Source: an uncultured Clostridiaceae bacterium (lineage in GTDB: Bacteria; Bacillota; Clostridia; Saccharofermentanales; UBA5734). From it: a stretch of DNA of 64,000 nucleotides. The notes below the pieces were generated by a model. It saw nothing but the letters and a program-made list of their open reading frames with translations, searched no databases and had not been told where the DNA came from. Within the stretch, counting starts at the first letter, position 1, and each line of letters opens with the position of its first letter. Positions 61,664-64,000 of the stretch are shown here, piece after piece. The position numbers and the translations under genes are program-made. The stretch lies in NCBI GenBank assembly GCA_942493365.1, contig OW818697.1, positions 1,634,634 to 1,698,633 of the forward strand. Reading direction: 5' to 3'.

Positions 61664-62551
61664 CTATTCCACTTTCCCAATGATCCGCTCGGCAATGTCC
61701 TGACCAAAGGGCACGCTGCCGTCATCGCCCGTGAACGCGGTCCACTCGTCGTAAATCGCCCGCAGATCAGCGTCCAAGTAAGTCAACGCCCGCTCGCGCA
61801 ACGCCTGCGGAATGCCATAGTAAGCCTCGGCGATGCCGCCGGTAATGGCCGCCAGCGTGTCGCTGTCGCCGCCGACCGAAATGGCGGTGCGGATGGCGTC
61901 CTCGAACGACACCGACTCCAGAAACGCCTCGATCGCCTGCGGCACCGTGTCCTGGCAGGTCTCATTGAAACGGTAGCTCGCCCGGATCTCGTCGATCGTG
62001 AAATCCAGCGGGTAATAGTCCGCCTCGATCCGCCGCCGGATCTCCTGGCGGGTCGCGCCCTGCCGCGCCATGACCATGGCCACCACCGTCGCCTCGGCCC
62101 CTTTGAGGCCCTCCACGTGATCGTGCGTGACCGCCGTGATCACCCGCGAAAGCTGGACGGCATCATCCTCCGACCGCGCGAAATCCCCCACCGGGCTGAT
62201 GCGCATGGCCGCCCCATTGCCAAAACTCTGGTAGGGCTGCGGATGGTCGCTGAACATCCAATTCGCGAACCGGCCGCCATAGCCGCAGTTGGGATACTTG
62301 CGGCCGATTTCCTGCATCCATTGGACCGTCAGTTCGCCGAGGCGCGCATCATACTCGGGGCTGTAGCCCCAGCCGCTTTCCCGCAACGGTTTCAATTTAG
62401 CTGCGGCCATGATCGCCTTGGCCACGGCGAGGGTCATGATGCTGTCGTCGGTGGCAAAGCAGCTCGCGGCAAATAATTCGAAGTCTTTGCTGCGATGATT
62501 GTTGAATTCAAATCGCGACCCGACGATGTCGCCAATGATTGCTCCTAGCAT
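61664..62551 (-). CDS. ADP-ribosylglycohydrolase family protein (DraG/ARH-like)
   Basis: MLGAIIGDIVGSRFEF...TDDSIMTLAVAKAI...GNGAAMRISPVG...GGDSDTLAAITGGIAEAYYG are the canonical ARH metal-binding motifs. Its G+C is visibly higher than both flanks. Confidence 0.9.
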   Translation of the reverse strand: MLGAIIGDIVGSRFEFNNHRSKDFELFAASCFATDDSIMTLAVAKAIMAAAKLKPLRESGWGYSPEYDARLGELTVQWMQEIGRKYPNCGYGGRFANWMFSDHPQPYQSFGNGAAMRISPVGDFARSEDDAVQLSRVITAVTHDHVEGLKGAEATVVAMVMARQGATRQEIRRRIEADYYPLDFTIDEIRASYRFNETCQDTVPQAIEAFLESVSFEDAIRTAISVGGDSDTLAAITGGIAEAYYGIPQALRERALTYLDADLRAIYDEWTAFTGDDGSVPFGQDIAERIIGKVE

Positions 62552-62847
62552 AGGGGGTTACCTCGTTGTGGAAATTTGCTCAAAGTGTGTCCGAGGCCAT
62601 AAGACTCGATTTTAACGTTGGACTGACGTCATTTAGAATTATTATAACTGTGATCGTGGGCTTTGCGAAAAGTTTAGATGGCCTTTAAGCGGTTTTGCAA
62701 GGCATTGTCCAATTTATAGATTCGATGCTATAACTGCTGATCGATCTTGTAAAATGCATCCAGCCTGGACGTCTTTTCTTGTATTTGCACTTGTTCACCT
62801 CGCGTTGATCCCTACGGATCGTAAAACGGATGCGAACTCCTATTCTG

Positions 62848-63543
62848 TCAAAATAAATCTAAGTCGCTGATTTGCATCTGTAAAGATATTGCTGGCTTTT
62901 TGTAGCAGCTTATAAAAGCAGCTCTACTTGATAATGCTTTATCAAGCTGTCCGAGATTAAGTAAACTAACAAACAGCGCTGCTGACCTAGCCTGGCAATT
63001 TACGGATTTATTATGATTGAATTCGATATCCGTAAATATTTCGAAAGAATTTAACTCTTTTGCGAGATCAGGATTTTGTAGTAAGGCGTTAATATATAGC
63101 CAGTCATAAAAAGCCGTTTTCGGTTCAAGCGACCAATCGCACCCGCTATATTGGAAATTCAACAACCTACCAGAATTTTTCAGTCGCATATCCTTTTTTG
63201 CTTCGCTTGCTGAACAATTCAGTAAATCTGTAAATGGCCCACCACAAGCAAATACTTTTGCTGATTGAAATATGTTCTCAATACTAACTCGTCTATCCAG
63301 ATCATCAACCTTCATTTTCAAATTGAAAGCACTTAGGGCAACACCTAACGGGTTTTCGGATTTTGATGAGATTTCGAGCATTCGTTTCTCGGAATATTTT
63401 TTCTTTATTTGGTTATGCAGTGATCGAATTGATTTTTGTTTCTGGCTTACAGAAAAGCCCGTAAAGAATTCAAAGTCACATAACTCTTCCGAAATAAAGT
63501 GCTTTTCATTAGGAGTTGATCTAAAGAATAATCTTTGTGCCAT
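62848..63543 (-). CDS. NADAR-like (YbiA/DUF1768 superfamily) protein, candidate DarT1-associated antitoxin
   Basis: PLGVALSAFNLKMKVDDLDRRVSIENIFQSAKVF parallels the NADAR core (FSNF..-~15 aa-..SEHYFQAQKF in E. coli YbiA). FYDWLYINAL...FTDIEFNHNKSVNCQARSAALF is a pattern I associate with DarT1-linked NADAR proteins. The ATG is 9 nt after the upstream stop, with GAGG as RBS. Confidence 0.55.
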   Translation of the reverse strand: MAQRLFFRSTPNEKHFISEELCDFEFFTGFSVSQKQKSIRSLHNQIKKKYSEKRMLEISSKSENPLGVALSAFNLKMKVDDLDRRVSIENIFQSAKVFACGGPFTDLLNCSASEAKKDMRLKNSGRLLNFQYSGCDWSLEPKTAFYDWLYINALLQNPDLAKELNSFEIFTDIEFNHNKSVNCQARSAALFVSLLNLGQLDKALSSRAAFISCYKKPAISLQMQISDLDLF

Positions 63544-63552
63544 GAATAGGCC

Positions 63553-64000
63553 TCACTTCCAATAGGCAAAGTCGTGCCTATAACTAAAGTATTCACGAGA
63601 GTAACTACTGTTGATATTGAGATTACGAGATTTGACAAGCGTTTCTACTTCATTATGCACATCATTGGTAGGCGCTAATATTCCAGTAATATATTCAATG
63701 CTAATACGCTCTTTGACTAATACCTCAGCTTGCGGATTAGATGTGAAATTGTCAGTTAAAGCCAGATCTCCACGCGTTTTTTCTCCCGCCTTGGTTGTAA
63801 TACGATCGCTAAATAATCGCTGTATTCCGGCGATACCTTTTAGCTGGTCTGGATAATTGAAGATATAGTTTAGATATTTCGTTGCATTATGCGGGCAGTA
63901 AAGCACATCTTGATATTTATTCGCCAATATAATCGGGTTTATGGTTAACATAATCCATTTATTGTCAAGATGATGTAATTTGTTCCAAAGCATCAGATAA
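63553..64000 (-). CDS. DarT-like (DUF4433-type) DNA ADP-ribosyltransferase toxin, C-terminal part (5' end probably beyond the window)
   Basis: The C-terminal NPQAEVLVKERISIEYITGILAP resembles the DarT ARTT-loop glutamate motif (QAEFLV followed by ..I..IGV). The frame is still open at nt 64000. It is followed immediately by the NADAR-like gene. Confidence 0.5.
   Translation of the reverse strand, partial: YLMLWNKLHHLDNKWIMLTINPIILANKYQDVLYCPHNATKYLNYIFNYPDQLKGIAGIQRLFSDRITTKAGEKTRGDLALTDNFTSNPQAEVLVKERISIEYITGILAPTNDVHNEVETLVKSRNLNINSSYSREYFSYRHDFAYWK

Overview
This 64-kb chromosomal window comes from a moderately G+C-rich, Firmicutes/Clostridia-like anaerobe. The gene order is typical of that group: phoH-HD-ybeY-era-recO, lspA-rluD, ymdB-rny, xseAB-ispA-dxs-nadK-argR-recN, nusB-Asp23-efp, sigI-rsgI, and a trimeric HydABC [FeFe] hydrogenase. 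Roughly 1-55 kb is housekeeping, mostly on the minus strand, and includes two tRNAs (Arg-UCU, Gly-UCC). I saw no rRNA, CRISPR array, transposase or integrase.

Two regions stand out.

(1) 35.2-37.0 kb holds a heliorhodopsin gene with all hallmark residues. A tocopherol-cyclase-family gene follows it after 13 nt.

(2) From about 55.5 kb to the window end lies a visibly AT-richer, mosaic accessory region packed with toxin-antitoxin and abortive-infection modules:
- a decayed AbiEi/AbiEii pair fused to a hicB fragment;
- a tightly packed Abi_2(HEPN)-HicB-PH-like-Pol-beta NTase gene string, headed by a promoter, a structured RNA of about 65 nt and a terminator leader. The leader is duplicated 790 bp upstream as an orphan copy with an 84/84-nt identical core;
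- a small gene with an operator-like repeat triad;
- a high-G+C ADP-ribosylglycohydrolase gene;
- a DarT-like/NADAR-like pair that runs off the window edge.

Three genes carry single-nucleotide lesions: an RluA-family synthase frameshift, an NTase frameshift in a T-run, and an in-frame TGA at a zinc-ribbon Cys codon. These could be real decay or assembly errors.

All calls rest on reading the sequence and ORF translations and on remembered family motifs. No database search was run.
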